From contig JAHIZO010000005.1 of the NCBI GenBank assembly GCA_018814405.1, positions 234,684-298,683 on the forward strand: DNA of 64,000 nucleotides. The letters run 5' to 3'. The stretch's first letter is position 1. Every line of letters starts with the position of its first letter. This document shows positions 20,480 to 31,537 of the stretch, piece after piece. Origin of the DNA: Gammaproteobacteria bacterium (GTDB taxonomy: Bacteria > Pseudomonadota > Gammaproteobacteria > Burkholderiales > Gallionellaceae). The position numbers and the translations under genes were made by a program. Below the pieces are notes generated by a model. That model saw nothing but the letters and a program-made list of their open reading frames with translations. It was not told where the DNA came from and did not search any database.

Positions 20480-21292
20480 ATGAGTCAGAAGCGTACCGCC
20501 TTCTTCGTATCGGACCGCACCGGTTTGACCGTGGAAAAACTCGGCCGCAGCCTGCTATCACAATTCGAGGGGATCGAATTCACGCGCGTCACCCTGCCCT
20601 TCATCGATTCGGAAGAGAAGGCGCGCGAAGCACAACAACGCATCAATCAGGCGGCACAGGCCGACGGCCAGCGTCCCATCGTGTTCAGCACCCTGATCGT
20701 GCCGGAGATCCATGACATCATCGAAGCGTGCGATGCACTCATCCTCGACCTATTCGAAAGTTTCATCGTACCGCTGGAGAACGAGTTGGACATGCCGTCT
20801 TCCCATGCCATCGGTCGTTCGCACCAAACGGGCATGTACTACAACGAACGCATGGATGCGGTGAACTATGCGCTGAACCACGATGATGGTGGCGTCACGC
20901 GTGATCTGGGGAAGGCGGACATCATCCTGGTCGGCGTATCGCGCTGCGGGAAGTCGCCGACCTCGCTCTATCTGGCGCTGCAGTTCGGCATCTCGGCGGC
21001 GAACTACCCCTTGGTGCCGGAAGATTTCGAGAAGCACACGCTGCCCGAAGCACTCAAGACATTGACCGGAAAACTGTACGGCCTGACCATCCAGCCTGAA
21101 CGCCTGAGCCAGATCCGCGCCGAGCGTATGCCCAACAGTCGTTATGCTTCGTTGGAGAATTGCCGCAAGGAGATATTGCAGGCTGAAGATCTGATGCAGC
21201 AGGCCAGGATCCCCATCCTCGACGTGACCACCATCTCGGTGGAAGAGATCGCCACCACCCTGCTCCACCTGACCGGATTGAAACGGGCCTAA
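20480..21292 (+). CDS. ppsR: PEP synthase regulatory kinase/phosphorylase
   Basis: FFVSDRTGLT, HDDG, ADIILVGVSRCGKSPTSLYLA. Confidence 0.9.
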   Translation: MSQKRTAFFVSDRTGLTVEKLGRSLLSQFEGIEFTRVTLPFIDSEEKAREAQQRINQAAQADGQRPIVFSTLIVPEIHDIIEACDALILDLFESFIVPLENELDMPSSHAIGRSHQTGMYYNERMDAVNYALNHDDGGVTRDLGKADIILVGVSRCGKSPTSLYLALQFGISAANYPLVPEDFEKHTLPEALKTLTGKLYGLTIQPERLSQIRAERMPNSRYASLENCRKEILQAEDLMQQARIPILDVTTISVEEIATTLLHLTGLKRA

Positions 21293-22070
21293 CGTCGCTG
21301 CCGTGCTGCCTCGAACAGGCACACGGCAGCGGCGGCGGCGGCATTCAAAGATTCCACCTTGCCCGGCATCGGGATGATGAATCGTTGCTGAGCCTTGGCT
21401 TGTAACTCGGCTGATAAACCCGCCCCTTCGTTGCCGATGGCAAAAGCGATACTGCCGCGCAGATCGCACTCGTACAGTGCAGTCTTCGCCTCCAGCGAGG
21501 ACGCCAAAAGGCTGCCTCCGAAGCGCGAGGAAATATCAAGAAGATCGCTTGACTCGTTGATTGCAATCAAAAAGTGCCCGCCCATCGCCGCCCGCAATAC
21601 GCGCGGCGACCAAGCATCGGCACAGCCTTGAGACAAATAGACCGCATCGCATCCGGCGGCAGCCGCACTGCGCAAAATAGAACCCAGATTGCCCGGATCC
21701 TGAATATCTTCCAGCAACAATACGAAGTTGTTCGCCTGAGCAGGATCGGTTTGCGGGATGTCGACCAGTGCCAGCAGCCCGTTCGGGGTCTTTAGATCGG
21801 AGAGCTGTTTGAACAACGGTTCTTCGAGCAAGGTACAAGGCACATTCGGACATTCAGCGCGCAGACGGCTTATCTCGGCATCTTCCAGTGCGAGTGGGCT
21901 GATGATGATATGTGCAGGAAGTCGGCCACTATCAAGCCAAGCGCGCAGCAGATGCGGCCCATCCAGAATGGTTTGCGCCTCATCACGGCGCTCGCGGGAC
22001 GAGCTGCCCAGTCTGAGTAAGGATTTGAAGAAAGCGTTTTCGCGCGAGCTGATGCGCTTACAGTCCGGCA

Positions 22071-22071
<1 letters not shown>
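21289..22071 (-). CDS. TrmH/SpoU family RNA methyltransferase
   Basis: LEDIQDPGNLGSILRSA, GNEGAG, IPMPGKVESLNAA. Confidence 0.9.
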
Positions 22072-22745
<674 letters not shown>

Positions 22746-23531
22746 AGATGTTCCCCAATGACTCGGTTTGTGTGATCTCGATCAGTGTCTCTTTGGCCAG
22801 CTCGAGGATGGCCATGAAAGTGACGACCATGGTCGGGATGCCCTCTTCCGGTTCGAACAACTCCTCGAACGGGACGAAATCGACATCGCGCAGACGGCGC
22901 AGCACCTTGGTCATCTGCTCGCGTACAGAAAGTTCTTCGCGTCTAACGATGTGGCTGGCATTGACCTTGGCGCGGGCGAGCAAGGCCAGCCAAGCGGTGC
23001 GCAGGTCTTCAACGGTCACGTTGGGCAGGCGTTCGACCACGGTGCGCTCGATCAACACCTGCACCAGTTCGAAATCTCGTCCGGCTTGCGGCAATTCGTT
23101 CAGTTTCTGGGCAGCCAGCTTCATCTGCTCGTATTCCAGCAGACGGCGCATCAGCTCAACGCGCGGATCTTCGTCGCTCGGTTCCTCACCCTGCTTGGGT
23201 GGACGCGGTAGCAACATGCGCGATTTGATCTCGATCAGCACCGCGGCCATCAACAGGTATTCGGCTGCCAACTCCATGCGGTGCTGCTGCATCGCTTCGA
23301 TATAGCCGATGTATTGCTGGGTCAGCTGCGCCATCGGGATATCGAGCGGATCGAGATTGTGGCGACGGATCAGGTAAAGCAGCAGATCGAGCGGCCCCTG
23401 AAACGATTCCAAAGCGACTTCCAGTGCATCCGGCGGGATGAACAGGTCGTGCGGCATCTCGGTCATGGGCTGCCCGTGGACGAACGCCACGGGCTGCGTC
23501 ATGGGGAGGTCGCTCTGGGAAAGCAGTTCGC

Positions 23532-24734
23532 TCACTTGTATTCCAGTCCCATCACTTCGCGCACATCGCGCATGGTGTCGATCGCCAATTTACGCGCCTT
23601 CTCACAGCCATCGGCGATGATGTTGCGCACCAATGAAGGATCGTCCAGATAGCGTTGGGCGCGTTCGCGCATCGGTCGTTGTTCACTCAGCACACCTTCG
23701 ATTACCGGTTGTTTGCATTCGATACAGCCGATGCTGGCACTGCGGCAGCCCTGCTGCACCCATTGCTTCACGTTGTCGCCCGAATACACCTCGTGCAGCT
23801 GCCACACTGGACATTTGTCCGGATCGCCCGCATCGGTGCGTCGGATTCGTGCTGGGTCGGTCGGCATGGTCTTGATCTTCTTCGCCACCTCGACCTCATC
23901 TTCACGCAGGCTGATAGTGTTGTTGTAGGACTTGGACATCTTCTGCCCATCCAGACCCGGCATCTTGGAAGCGACCGTCAGCATGGCCTGTGGTTCGGAC
24001 AGGATCATCTTGCCGCCGCCTTCCAGATAGCCGAACAGGCGTTCGCGGTCGCCGTGCGACAGGTTCTGCTGTTCGTCCAGCAATGCCTTGGCCGATTCCA
24101 GCGCATCGTCGTCACCCTGCTCCTGGTAGCGGTTGCGCAATTCTGCGTAAAGCTTGCCCTTCTTGCCGCCCAGCTTCTTGACTGCGGCGGTGGCCTTCTC
24201 TTCAAAGCCCGGTTCACGGCCGTAGATATGGTTGAAGCGGCGCGCAATCTCGCGGGTGAATTCGATGTGAGGTACTTGGTCCTCGCCCACCGGTACTTGT
24301 GTAGCACGGTAGATCAGAATGTCAGCACTTTGCAGCAAGGGGTAACCCAAGAAGCCATAGGTGGACAGATCCTTGCTGGTCAACTTTTCCTGCTGATCCT
24401 TATAGGTCGGCATGCGTTCTAGCCAGCCCAATGGTGTGATCATGGACAGCAACAGATGCAATTCGGCATGCTCCGGCACACGGGATTGGATGAACATCGT
24501 GGCGTGGGCAGGATCGACGCCGGCCGCCAGCCAATCGATTACCATGTCCCACACGCTCTGTTCGATGATCTGCGGTGTGTCGTAATGGGTGGTCAGTGCA
24601 TGCCAGTCGGCTGCAAAGAAATAGCAGTCGAACTCGTGCTGCATCTTCACCCAGTTCTTCAGCACACCATGGTAGTGGCCCAGATGTAGATTACCTGTGG
24701 GACGCATCCCGGATAAAACGCGATCAGCAAACAT
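23532..24734 (-). CDS. trpS: Tryptophan--tRNA ligase
   Basis: SGMRPTGNLHLGH, VPVGEDQ, KMSKS. Confidence 0.96.
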   Translation of the reverse strand: MFADRVLSGMRPTGNLHLGHYHGVLKNWVKMQHEFDCYFFAADWHALTTHYDTPQIIEQSVWDMVIDWLAAGVDPAHATMFIQSRVPEHAELHLLLSMITPLGWLERMPTYKDQQEKLTSKDLSTYGFLGYPLLQSADILIYRATQVPVGEDQVPHIEFTREIARRFNHIYGREPGFEEKATAAVKKLGGKKGKLYAELRNRYQEQGDDDALESAKALLDEQQNLSHGDRERLFGYLEGGGKMILSEPQAMLTVASKMPGLDGQKMSKSYNNTISLREDEVEVAKKIKTMPTDPARIRRTDAGDPDKCPVWQLHEVYSGDNVKQWVQQGCRSASIGCIECKQPVIEGVLSEQRPMRERAQRYLDDPSLVRNIIADGCEKARKLAIDTMRDVREVMGLEYK

Positions 24735-24750
24735 TATTTAGACTTCACAT

Positions 24751-25386
24751 TCACAAGAAAAAGTTGATCAGATCGATCACCGCCATCACTGGTGGCGTCA
24801 ATATCCAGCCCAGCACCGGCGTAATGGCCAGTCCGATGAGGATGAACAAGCCATAAGGCTCGATACGCGAAAGCTGATAAGCCTGACGATGTGGCAACAA
24901 ACTGACTGCGACGCGACCACCGTCCAACGGTGGCAACGGCAACATATTCAGCACCATCAGGATGACGTTGATTTTAACCCCTATCTGGGCCATTTCCAGC
25001 ATGGGTTCGGAGAAGTAGCCGCCGGGGAAGCTCCAGGCCAGCTTTGCCACCAGTGCCCAGAAGATTGCCATGGCCATATTGCTGGCCGGACCGGCGATGG
25101 CGACCCACAGCATGTCCTGCTTGGGACGGCGCAAGGCGGAAAAATTGACCGGCACCGGCTTGGCCCAGCCGAACAGGATGCCTCCCAGCACCAAGGTCAA
25201 CATCGGCAGCAGAACAGTGCCGACCGGGTCGATATGCTTGATGGGGTTGAGCGTGATGCGCCCTTGCTGGTAGGCCGTCATGTCGCCGAAGTGACGCGCC
25301 ACATAGCCGTGCGCCGCCTCGTGCAAGGTGATCGCGAACAGTATGGGAATCGCTGCGATGGTGATGAGCTGGATCAGATGCTCCAT
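24751..25386 (-). CDS. Site-2 protease family (M50) membrane peptidase
   Basis: LHEAAH, AGPASN, NMLPLPPLDG. Confidence 0.9.
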   Translation of the reverse strand: MEHLIQLITIAAIPILFAITLHEAAHGYVARHFGDMTAYQQGRITLNPIKHIDPVGTVLLPMLTLVLGGILFGWAKPVPVNFSALRRPKQDMLWVAIAGPASNMAMAIFWALVAKLAWSFPGGYFSEPMLEMAQIGVKINVILMVLNMLPLPPLDGGRVAVSLLPHRQAYQLSRIEPYGLFILIGLAITPVLGWILTPPVMAVIDLINFFL

Positions 25387-26016
25387 CTATTCCTCGATCC
25401 CGAACGGTGTCACATCACCCCGTCCGGCACGCATCAATTGCGGTTCAGAACCGGTCAGGTCGATCACCGTAGTAGGCTCGATGCCCACCGTCCCGCCCTC
25501 GATGATCAGCTCGACGCGATGCTCCAGTTGCTCGCGTATCTCATCGATATCGGTGAGCGGGAAAGGCTCGTCAGGCAGGATCAGGGTAGAGCTCAGCAGT
25601 GGCTCGCCCAGTTCTTCCAGCAGTGCCAACGCCACTGGATGGTCGGGGATTCGCACACCGACTGTGCTGCGCTTGGGATGCTGCAGGCGGCGCGGTACTT
25701 CCTTGGTAGCTTGCAGGATGAAGGTGTAGGCACCGGGTGTGTTGTTCTTGAGCAAACGGAACTGCACGTTATCTACCCGCGCATAGTTTGATAGCTCGGA
25801 CAGGTCACGGCAGATCAGCGTCATGTGATGCTGATCATCCAGTTCTCTGATCTGGCGGATGCGGGTCACCGCATCCTTGTCACCCAGATGGCAGCCCAAG
25901 GCATAACCGGAATCGGTCGGGTAAACGATCACCGCGCCATCGCGCAGCATCTCTGCGGCCTGACGGATCAGGCGCGCATTGGGATTATCGGGGTGGATAT
26001 TGAAGAATTGGGCCAT
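25387..26016 (-). CDS. Sua5/YciO/YrdC family protein
   Basis: VYPTDSGYALGC, PGAYTFIL, GVRIPDHP; start set at MAQFFNIH. Confidence 0.88.
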   Translation of the reverse strand: MAQFFNIHPDNPNARLIRQAAEMLRDGAVIVYPTDSGYALGCHLGDKDAVTRIRQIRELDDQHHMTLICRDLSELSNYARVDNVQFRLLKNNTPGAYTFILQATKEVPRRLQHPKRSTVGVRIPDHPVALALLEELGEPLLSSTLILPDEPFPLTDIDEIREQLEHRVELIIEGGTVGIEPTTVIDLTGSEPQLMRAGRGDVTPFGIEE

Positions 26017-26888
26017 CAGGCTGCTTTCAGTTGAGTGGAGTCTTGCCAGTGTTGCCATACTGGGCGACATATCTCCGGTAGATCGGGCAGTCGCCCCATA
26101 TCCCGGTAACTTTCCTGCGGACCGTGGAAATCTGAACCGCACGACGATAGCAGGTTGAACTCCTCGGCATAACGGGCGAATTCCGCATACTGGGGCGGTG
26201 TATGGCTGCCGGTCACTACTTCCAGCGCGCCACCGCCCAGTTCGACGAATTCTTCCAGTAGTTCGTGCATGGTCTGCTTGCCCATGCTGTGGCGGCCCAC
26301 CATATAGCGTCCCGGATGTGCCAGTACGGCGATGCCGCCGCTACCGCGTATCCAAGAGATCGCGTCCGCGAGATTCGCCCATTGATGCGGGACATAACCA
26401 GGCTTGCCGTTCGCTAGATAGCGATTGAACACGCTCTTCACATCCTTGCAGCGGCCGGATTCGACCAGATAACGGGCGAAATGGGTGCGGCCGATCATGT
26501 TGGGATTGGTGGTGAATTTATATGCGCCTTCCAGTACGCCGCCGATACCGACCTTGGCTAATTCGTCAGCCATCTTCTGCGCGCGCAGACCGCGTCCGCT
26601 GCGGACGCCCGCCAGTCCAGCCACCAGCGGCGGATAGCTCGGATCGATGTGCAGACCGACCAGATGCAATGTGTGTTTGCGCCAGGAGACGGATATCTCG
26701 ACACCGTTGATGAATGTCATGCCGAGCTTTTCGGCAGCTGCCCTTGCCTGATCCAAGCCGGCGATCTCATCGTGATCGGTCAGCGCCAGCATGGTCACCC
26801 CGCGCTCAGCCGCGCGCGCAACCAACTCCTCCGGTGTCAGCGTACCGTCGGAGCAGCTGGAATGACAATGCAGGTCGATATCAAGCAT
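26016..26888 (-). CDS. PHP-domain phosphoesterase (YciV/TrpH-like)
   Basis: DLHCHS..SDG, LTDHD, GVEIS, LAHP, GSDFH. Confidence 0.88.
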   Translation of the reverse strand: MLDIDLHCHSSCSDGTLTPEELVARAAERGVTMLALTDHDEIAGLDQARAAAEKLGMTFINGVEISVSWRKHTLHLVGLHIDPSYPPLVAGLAGVRSGRGLRAQKMADELAKVGIGGVLEGAYKFTTNPNMIGRTHFARYLVESGRCKDVKSVFNRYLANGKPGYVPHQWANLADAISWIRGSGGIAVLAHPGRYMVGRHSMGKQTMHELLEEFVELGGGALEVVTGSHTPPQYAEFARYAEEFNLLSSCGSDFHGPQESYRDMGRLPDLPEICRPVWQHWQDSTQLKAA

Positions 26889-27195
26889 CGCCGCCGCCCT
26901 TCTTCATGACCTTGCCTTCTTCGGCGCGCTTGCGGCGCACCTCTTTCGGGTCGGCGATCAAAGGCCGATAGATCTCGATGCGATCACGCTCACGCATCAC
27001 CACATCGGCTTTGCTCAACTTGCCGAAGATGCCGTATTTGGCCTTTGCCGGATCGATCTCGGGATGCTTTTCCAAGATACCGGACAAGCGCACGGCTTCG
27101 CCCAAGGTGGTACCGGCTGGCACATTGAACTTAAGCAACGCTTGCTCCTGCGGCAAAGCATAGACCAGCTCGATATTGATGTTTTCGGTATTCAT
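26881..27195 (-). CDS. ratB: RnfH/RatB ubiquitin-like protein
   Basis: GIFGK..DRIEIYRPLIADPKEVRRKRA. Confidence 0.88.
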   Translation of the reverse strand: MNTENINIELVYALPQEQALLKFNVPAGTTLGEAVRLSGILEKHPEIDPAKAKYGIFGKLSKADVVMRERDRIEIYRPLIADPKEVRRKRAEEGKVMKKGGGDA

Positions 27196-27629
27196 GCTGT
27201 GGTGTAGATCTTCTCTGCCCGGTGGATGAAAGCATCCACGAAACTGTTGGCGATGTAGTGGAACACCGGCCCCACCATCTTTTCCAGCAGCTTGCTGGAG
27301 AATTCATAATGCAGACGGAACTCTATTTTACAGGCTTCCTCGCTCAAGGGGATGAAACGCCAACTTCCGTCCAATTGTTTGAAAGGGCCATCTTTTAGCT
27401 TCATCTGGATAACGAAGGGCGGTTCGCGCAGGTTTTCTGTGGAAAAGTGCTGTTTGATATGGTGATAATCGATGTGTACCGTGGCGTACATGGTGGTTCC
27501 TTGCATGTCGTCCACGGATGCCCCGCCGCACCAGGGCAGGAACTGGGGATATTCCTCGACACGATCCACCAGATTGAACATCTGCTCCGCCGTATGCCCC
27601 ACCAGTACAGTCTTTTCCACCAACGCCAT
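27192..27629 (-). CDS. ratA: RatA/PasT START-domain protein
   Basis: MFNLVDRVEEYPQFLPWC, GPFKQLDGSWRF; divergent from smpB. Confidence 0.88.
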   Translation of the reverse strand: MALVEKTVLVGHTAEQMFNLVDRVEEYPQFLPWCGGASVDDMQGTTMYATVHIDYHHIKQHFSTENLREPPFVIQMKLKDGPFKQLDGSWRFIPLSEEACKIEFRLHYEFSSKLLEKMVGPVFHYIANSFVDAFIHRAEKIYTTA

Positions 27630-27694
27630 GCTTCATCAAGCCCTTCATCAAAGGCTGGTAGAATAGCGTAACCACAGGCAAAACACATCTTCCA

Positions 27695-28144
27695 ATGAGT
27701 ATCATCCAGAACAAAAAAGCCTTTCACGACTACTTCATCGAAGACAAGCATGAAGCAGGCATCATGCTTGAAGGTTGGGAAGTCAAAGCTATCCGCGCCG
27801 GACGCGTGCAACTCAAAGAAGCCTATGTGCTGGCCAAAGACGGCGCACTCTGGCTGTTCGGCTCACACATCAGCCCGCTACTGAACGCCTCCACACACAT
27901 CCATCCCGACCCCGTGCGCACCCGCAAGCTGCTGCTGCACAAACACGAGATCGACAAACTCATCGGCAAAGTCCAACGCGCCGGATTTACCCTCATGCCC
28001 TTGGATATGCACTACAAGGGCGGTCGCGTGAAGCTGGAGATCGGTCTCGCCAAGGGCAAGAAGGAGCATGACAAGAGAGCCACCGAGCGAGAGAAAGATG
28101 CGAAGCGCGAAGCTGCCAATGCGATGAAAAAGGAACGCCGCTAG
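27695..28144 (+). CDS. smpB: SsrA-binding protein
   Basis: [34 protein letters not shown]. Confidence 0.96.
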   Translation: MSIIQNKKAFHDYFIEDKHEAGIMLEGWEVKAIRAGRVQLKEAYVLAKDGALWLFGSHISPLLNASTHIHPDPVRTRKLLLHKHEIDKLIGKVQRAGFTLMPLDMHYKGGRVKLEIGLAKGKKEHDKRATEREKDAKREAANAMKKERR

Positions 28145-28323
28145 ATGTGTGGCGCTCTTGCGCAGCAAGTTAAGCTCGCAAAGCGAGCGGCCGAAGCCAC
28201 AAACGTGCCACTGAGAAAGAAAAAGAATCCAAGCGAAAAGCTGCTGCTTGCCATCCCCGCCCTGAACGGGCTAAATGAAATGTGTCGGGCGTCTGGCACG
28301 CTTGGTTACACGAGAACCCCACC

Positions 28324-28938
28324 ATGAGCGGTTGCTGCAACAACGATTGTTCCATCGATGCCCTGCGCGAAAGGCAGCGCGGGACGTTGTTGAGCGTGCT
28401 CGTCATCAATGCCGTGATGTTCGCGGTCATGGTTGCGGCCGCTCTGTATGCGGATTCCACTGCCCTGCTGGCTGACAGCTTGGACAACCTCGGCGATGCG
28501 CTGACCTACGGGCTCAGCCTGTATGCCGTGTCGCGCGGCGCAGCCGTCAAGGCCAGGGTCGCCTTGTTCAAAGGGGGGCTCATCCTGCTGGCGGGCTGCC
28601 TCCTGTCCGCGCAGATCGTCTACAAGCTGTTCGTCCCCAGCGTCCCGCTGTTCGAAGTCATGGGCGCGTTCAGCCTGCTCGGCCTCGCCGCCAACTCGCT
28701 CTGTCTGTTCCTGTTGTGGCGCCATCGCCATGAGGACGTGAACATGAGTTCCGTGTGGGAATGCTCGCGCAACGACATCGCCGTCAACATTTCTGTGTTC
28801 ATCGCAGCTGGTGCGGTCTGGCTCACAGGTTCCGGCTGGCCGGACATTTTGGTCGCGCTGGGTCTGGTGTGGCTGCTGATGCGTTCCGCCCTGCGGGTGA
28901 TCTCCTCGGCCTTGGCCGCCCTGCGTGCTGCGTCATGA
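28324..28938 (+). CDS. Cation diffusion facilitator-type transporter lacking the cytoplasmic C-terminal domain
   Basis: ALLADSLDNLGD, SVWECSRNDIA..WPD; six hydrophobic segments; Cys-rich start MSGCCNNDC. Confidence 0.78.
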   Translation: MSGCCNNDCSIDALRERQRGTLLSVLVINAVMFAVMVAAALYADSTALLADSLDNLGDALTYGLSLYAVSRGAAVKARVALFKGGLILLAGCLLSAQIVYKLFVPSVPLFEVMGAFSLLGLAANSLCLFLLWRHRHEDVNMSSVWECSRNDIAVNISVFIAAGAVWLTGSGWPDILVALGLVWLLMRSALRVISSALAALRAAS

Positions 28939-29519
28939 ATCGCCTGTCCCTGTTCATCCTGCTGTCGCTGCTGACCTTCAGCAGCCACGCCCAACCGAAA
29001 GGAGCCACCATGACCGATACCAATCAAACCGCCTACCTTGCAGGAGGTTGCTTCTGGGGCATGGAAGAGTTGGTGCGACAGATTCCCGGTGTGCTGGAAA
29101 CCGAAGTCGGCTACGCCGGCGGTGATGTACCGAATGCGAACTATGACATCGTGAAGATGGGCCGTAGCGGCCATGCCGAATCGTTGAAGATCGTGTTCGA
29201 CCCAGCCAAGCTTACCTACCGCCATCTGCTGTTCGAGTTCTTCCGCATGCATAACCCCACCACGCGTAACCAGCAAGGCAATGACCGAGGCACGCAGTAC
29301 CGCTCAGCCATCTTCTATGTCAGCGACGAGCAGAAGAACACCGCCGAGGAAGTGATTCGCACTGTGGATGGTTCGGGAGAATGGGGGGCAAAAGTAGTGA
29401 CAGAAGTCACACAGTTCAAAGACTTCTGGCGCGCCGAGGAATATCATCAAAAATATCTGGTCAAGCATCCGCACGGCTACACCTGCCACGTCAACCGTGG
29501 CTATCGTCTCGGGGAATAA
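28935..29519 (+). CDS. msrA: Peptide-methionine (S)-S-oxide reductase with predicted signal peptide (alternative start 29010)
   Basis: AGGCFWG, QGNDRGTQYRSAIF, AEEYHQKY. Confidence 0.92.
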   Translation: MNRLSLFILLSLLTFSSHAQPKGATMTDTNQTAYLAGGCFWGMEELVRQIPGVLETEVGYAGGDVPNANYDIVKMGRSGHAESLKIVFDPAKLTYRHLLFEFFRMHNPTTRNQQGNDRGTQYRSAIFYVSDEQKNTAEEVIRTVDGSGEWGAKVVTEVTQFKDFWRAEEYHQKYLVKHPHGYTCHVNRGYRLGE

Positions 29520-29521
29520 GG

Positions 29522-29983
29522 ATGAAATTGCGCATTCTGGATGGCGTTGCCCTCACCCTCTGGGTCGGTAGCTTATGGACGATCGGCTATCTGGCCGTAC
29601 CTATCCTGTTCCAAGCCCAACCCGATAAGCAACTGGCCGGCATGCTGGCCGGTGAGATGTTCCGCGTGCAGGGGTTTGTGGGCATCGCGTGCGGTGTCTA
29701 TCTGTTGCTGCGGGATGGCGTGAAGTTCGGCAAGCTGTCTCTGCGTCAACCCGCCTTTCTCGCCATCGCCCTGATGCTGCTCATCACGCTCGCCCTCCAG
29801 TTCGGCATCCAGCCGCTGATGGCCGGACTCAAATCCCAAGCTTTACCTCTGGAAGTGATGAACAGTTCATTGGCAAGCAACTTCTCCATGTGGCACGGCA
29901 TCTCCAGCATCCTGTATCTGATCGAGAGTCTGCTGGGACTTTCCTCGGTCTATCTTTTTCTGCGTAACAATCTAGTGCACTGA
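29522..29983 (+). CDS. DUF4149-like membrane protein
   Basis: TLWVGSLWTIGYLAVPILF..AGMLAGEMF..FSMWHGISSILY; four TM segments. Confidence 0.75.
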   Translation: MKLRILDGVALTLWVGSLWTIGYLAVPILFQAQPDKQLAGMLAGEMFRVQGFVGIACGVYLLLRDGVKFGKLSLRQPAFLAIALMLLITLALQFGIQPLMAGLKSQALPLEVMNSSLASNFSMWHGISSILYLIESLLGLSSVYLFLRNNLVH

Positions 29984-30062
29984 ATCTGCCGATACGGACA
30001 TTCCTGTTGTTCCAAAATACTTCCGCTAAGGCCGAACTGCCACCCAACCCTCCCATACAAAT

Positions 30063-30089
30063 AAAAGGAGCCGCTTTCGCGGCTCCTTT
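30063..30089. terminator. Bidirectional intrinsic terminator after pntB
   Basis: AAAAGGAGCCGC-TTTC-GCGGCTCCTTT. Confidence 0.75.
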
Positions 30090-30109
30090 CTTAGTGCTTC
30101 AGTGATGCT

Positions 30110-31534
30110 TTACGCTTTCAGTGCAGTCAGCACTTCATCCAGCATCTTCTTGGCATCGCCGAACAGCATGCGGTTGTTCTCTTTATAGAACAGTGGATTT
30201 TCAATACCTGCATAACCTGAAGCCATGCTGCGCTTCATCACGATGGAGGTCTTGGCCTTCCAGACTTCCAGCACCGGCATACCTGCGATTGGGCTGGTAG
30301 GGTCTTCTTGCGCGGCCGGATTCACGATGTCGTTGGCACCGATCACGATGGAAACGTCGGTATCCGGGAAGTCTTCGTTGATCTCGTCCATTTCCATCAC
30401 GATGTCGTAAGGAACTTTGGCTTCGGCCAGCAGCACGTTCATGTGTCCGGGCATACGGCCTGCCACGGGGTGGATGCCGAAGCGCACGTTGACGCCCTTC
30501 TCGCGCAAGTACTGGGTGATTTCGTTCACCGCATGCTGAGCTTGCGCCACGGCCATGCCATAACCCGGCACGATGATCACGTTCTTGGCATCGCGCAGTA
30601 GTTCTGCTGTCTCGATAGCGCTGATGGCAACCACTTCACCCGCCGGTTGCGCATCGCCGCTCGCCTTTTTGGTTGGGGTGCCGCCGCCGAAGCCGCCTGC
30701 GATGACGCTGACGAAGTTGCGGTTCATCGCGCGGCACATGATGTAGGACAGGATTGCGCCGCTGGAACCGACCAATGCGCCGGTGACGATCAACAGATCG
30801 TTGTTCAGCATGAAGCCGGTCGCCGCTGCGGCCCAGCCGGAGTAGCTGTTTAGCATGGAGACCACTACCGGCATGTCTGCCCCGCCGATAGCCATCACCA
30901 TGTGGATGCCGAACAACAGCGCGATGATGGTCATCACGGTCAGAGCGAACATGCCCGCAGTGGTGGTCTCAGCTTGCAGGAACTGGTAGCCGAAGGCGAT
31001 GACGACCAGCAGACCGATCAGATTCAGGAAGTGACGACCCGGCAGCAACAGTGGTTTGCCGCCGATCTTGCCCGCCAGCTTGCCGAAAGCCACGAGGGAA
31101 CCGGAGAAGGTCACTGCGCCGATCAGGATGCCGATATAGACCTCGATCTCATGGATCGCTTTTTCGGCATGTGACAGATTCAGCGAGGCCATCGGGTCGA
31201 TGTAATTGGCGAAACCGACCAGACAGGCAGCTAGACCGACCAAACTGTGCATCAGCGCGACCAGTTCAGGCATCTGCGTCATCTGCACCTTGCGCGCGGC
31301 GTACAGACCGATGCTGCCGCCCACCACCATCGCACCGATGATCCAGGGTAGACCGTCCATGCTGACGCGCGGACCGAACACCGTGGCCAGCACGGCGATG
31401 GTCATGCCGATCATGCCGTAGAGATTACCGCGACGTGAGGTCTCGGGGTTGGAAAGACCACCGAGGCTCAGGATGAACAGGATCGTCGCACCGATATAAG
31501 AGACAGAAGCCAAACTTGCAGAAATCATCATCAA
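30110..31534 (-). CDS. pntB: NAD(P) transhydrogenase subunit beta
   Basis: [47 protein letters not shown]. Confidence 0.96.
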   Translation of the reverse strand: MMMISASLASVSYIGATILFILSLGGLSNPETSRRGNLYGMIGMTIAVLATVFGPRVSMDGLPWIIGAMVVGGSIGLYAARKVQMTQMPELVALMHSLVGLAACLVGFANYIDPMASLNLSHAEKAIHEIEVYIGILIGAVTFSGSLVAFGKLAGKIGGKPLLLPGRHFLNLIGLLVVIAFGYQFLQAETTTAGMFALTVMTIIALLFGIHMVMAIGGADMPVVVSMLNSYSGWAAAATGFMLNNDLLIVTGALVGSSGAILSYIMCRAMNRNFVSVIAGGFGGGTPTKKASGDAQPAGEVVAISAIETAELLRDAKNVIIVPGYGMAVAQAQHAVNEITQYLREKGVNVRFGIHPVAGRMPGHMNVLLAEAKVPYDIVMEMDEINEDFPDTDVSIVIGANDIVNPAAQEDPTSPIAGMPVLEVWKAKTSIVMKRSMASGYAGIENPLFYKENNRMLFGDAKKMLDEVLTALKA

Positions 31535-31537
31535 TCC

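Noticed and set aside
28145-28323. tmRNA (ssrA), metal riboswitch or integron attC after smpB
   Set aside because: No GGGG..CTGG.TTCGAC tmRNA 5' end or tag ORF, and no recognisable NiCo, yybP-ykoY or fluoride consensus. GTTAAGC is present but has no matching RYYYAAC inverse core.
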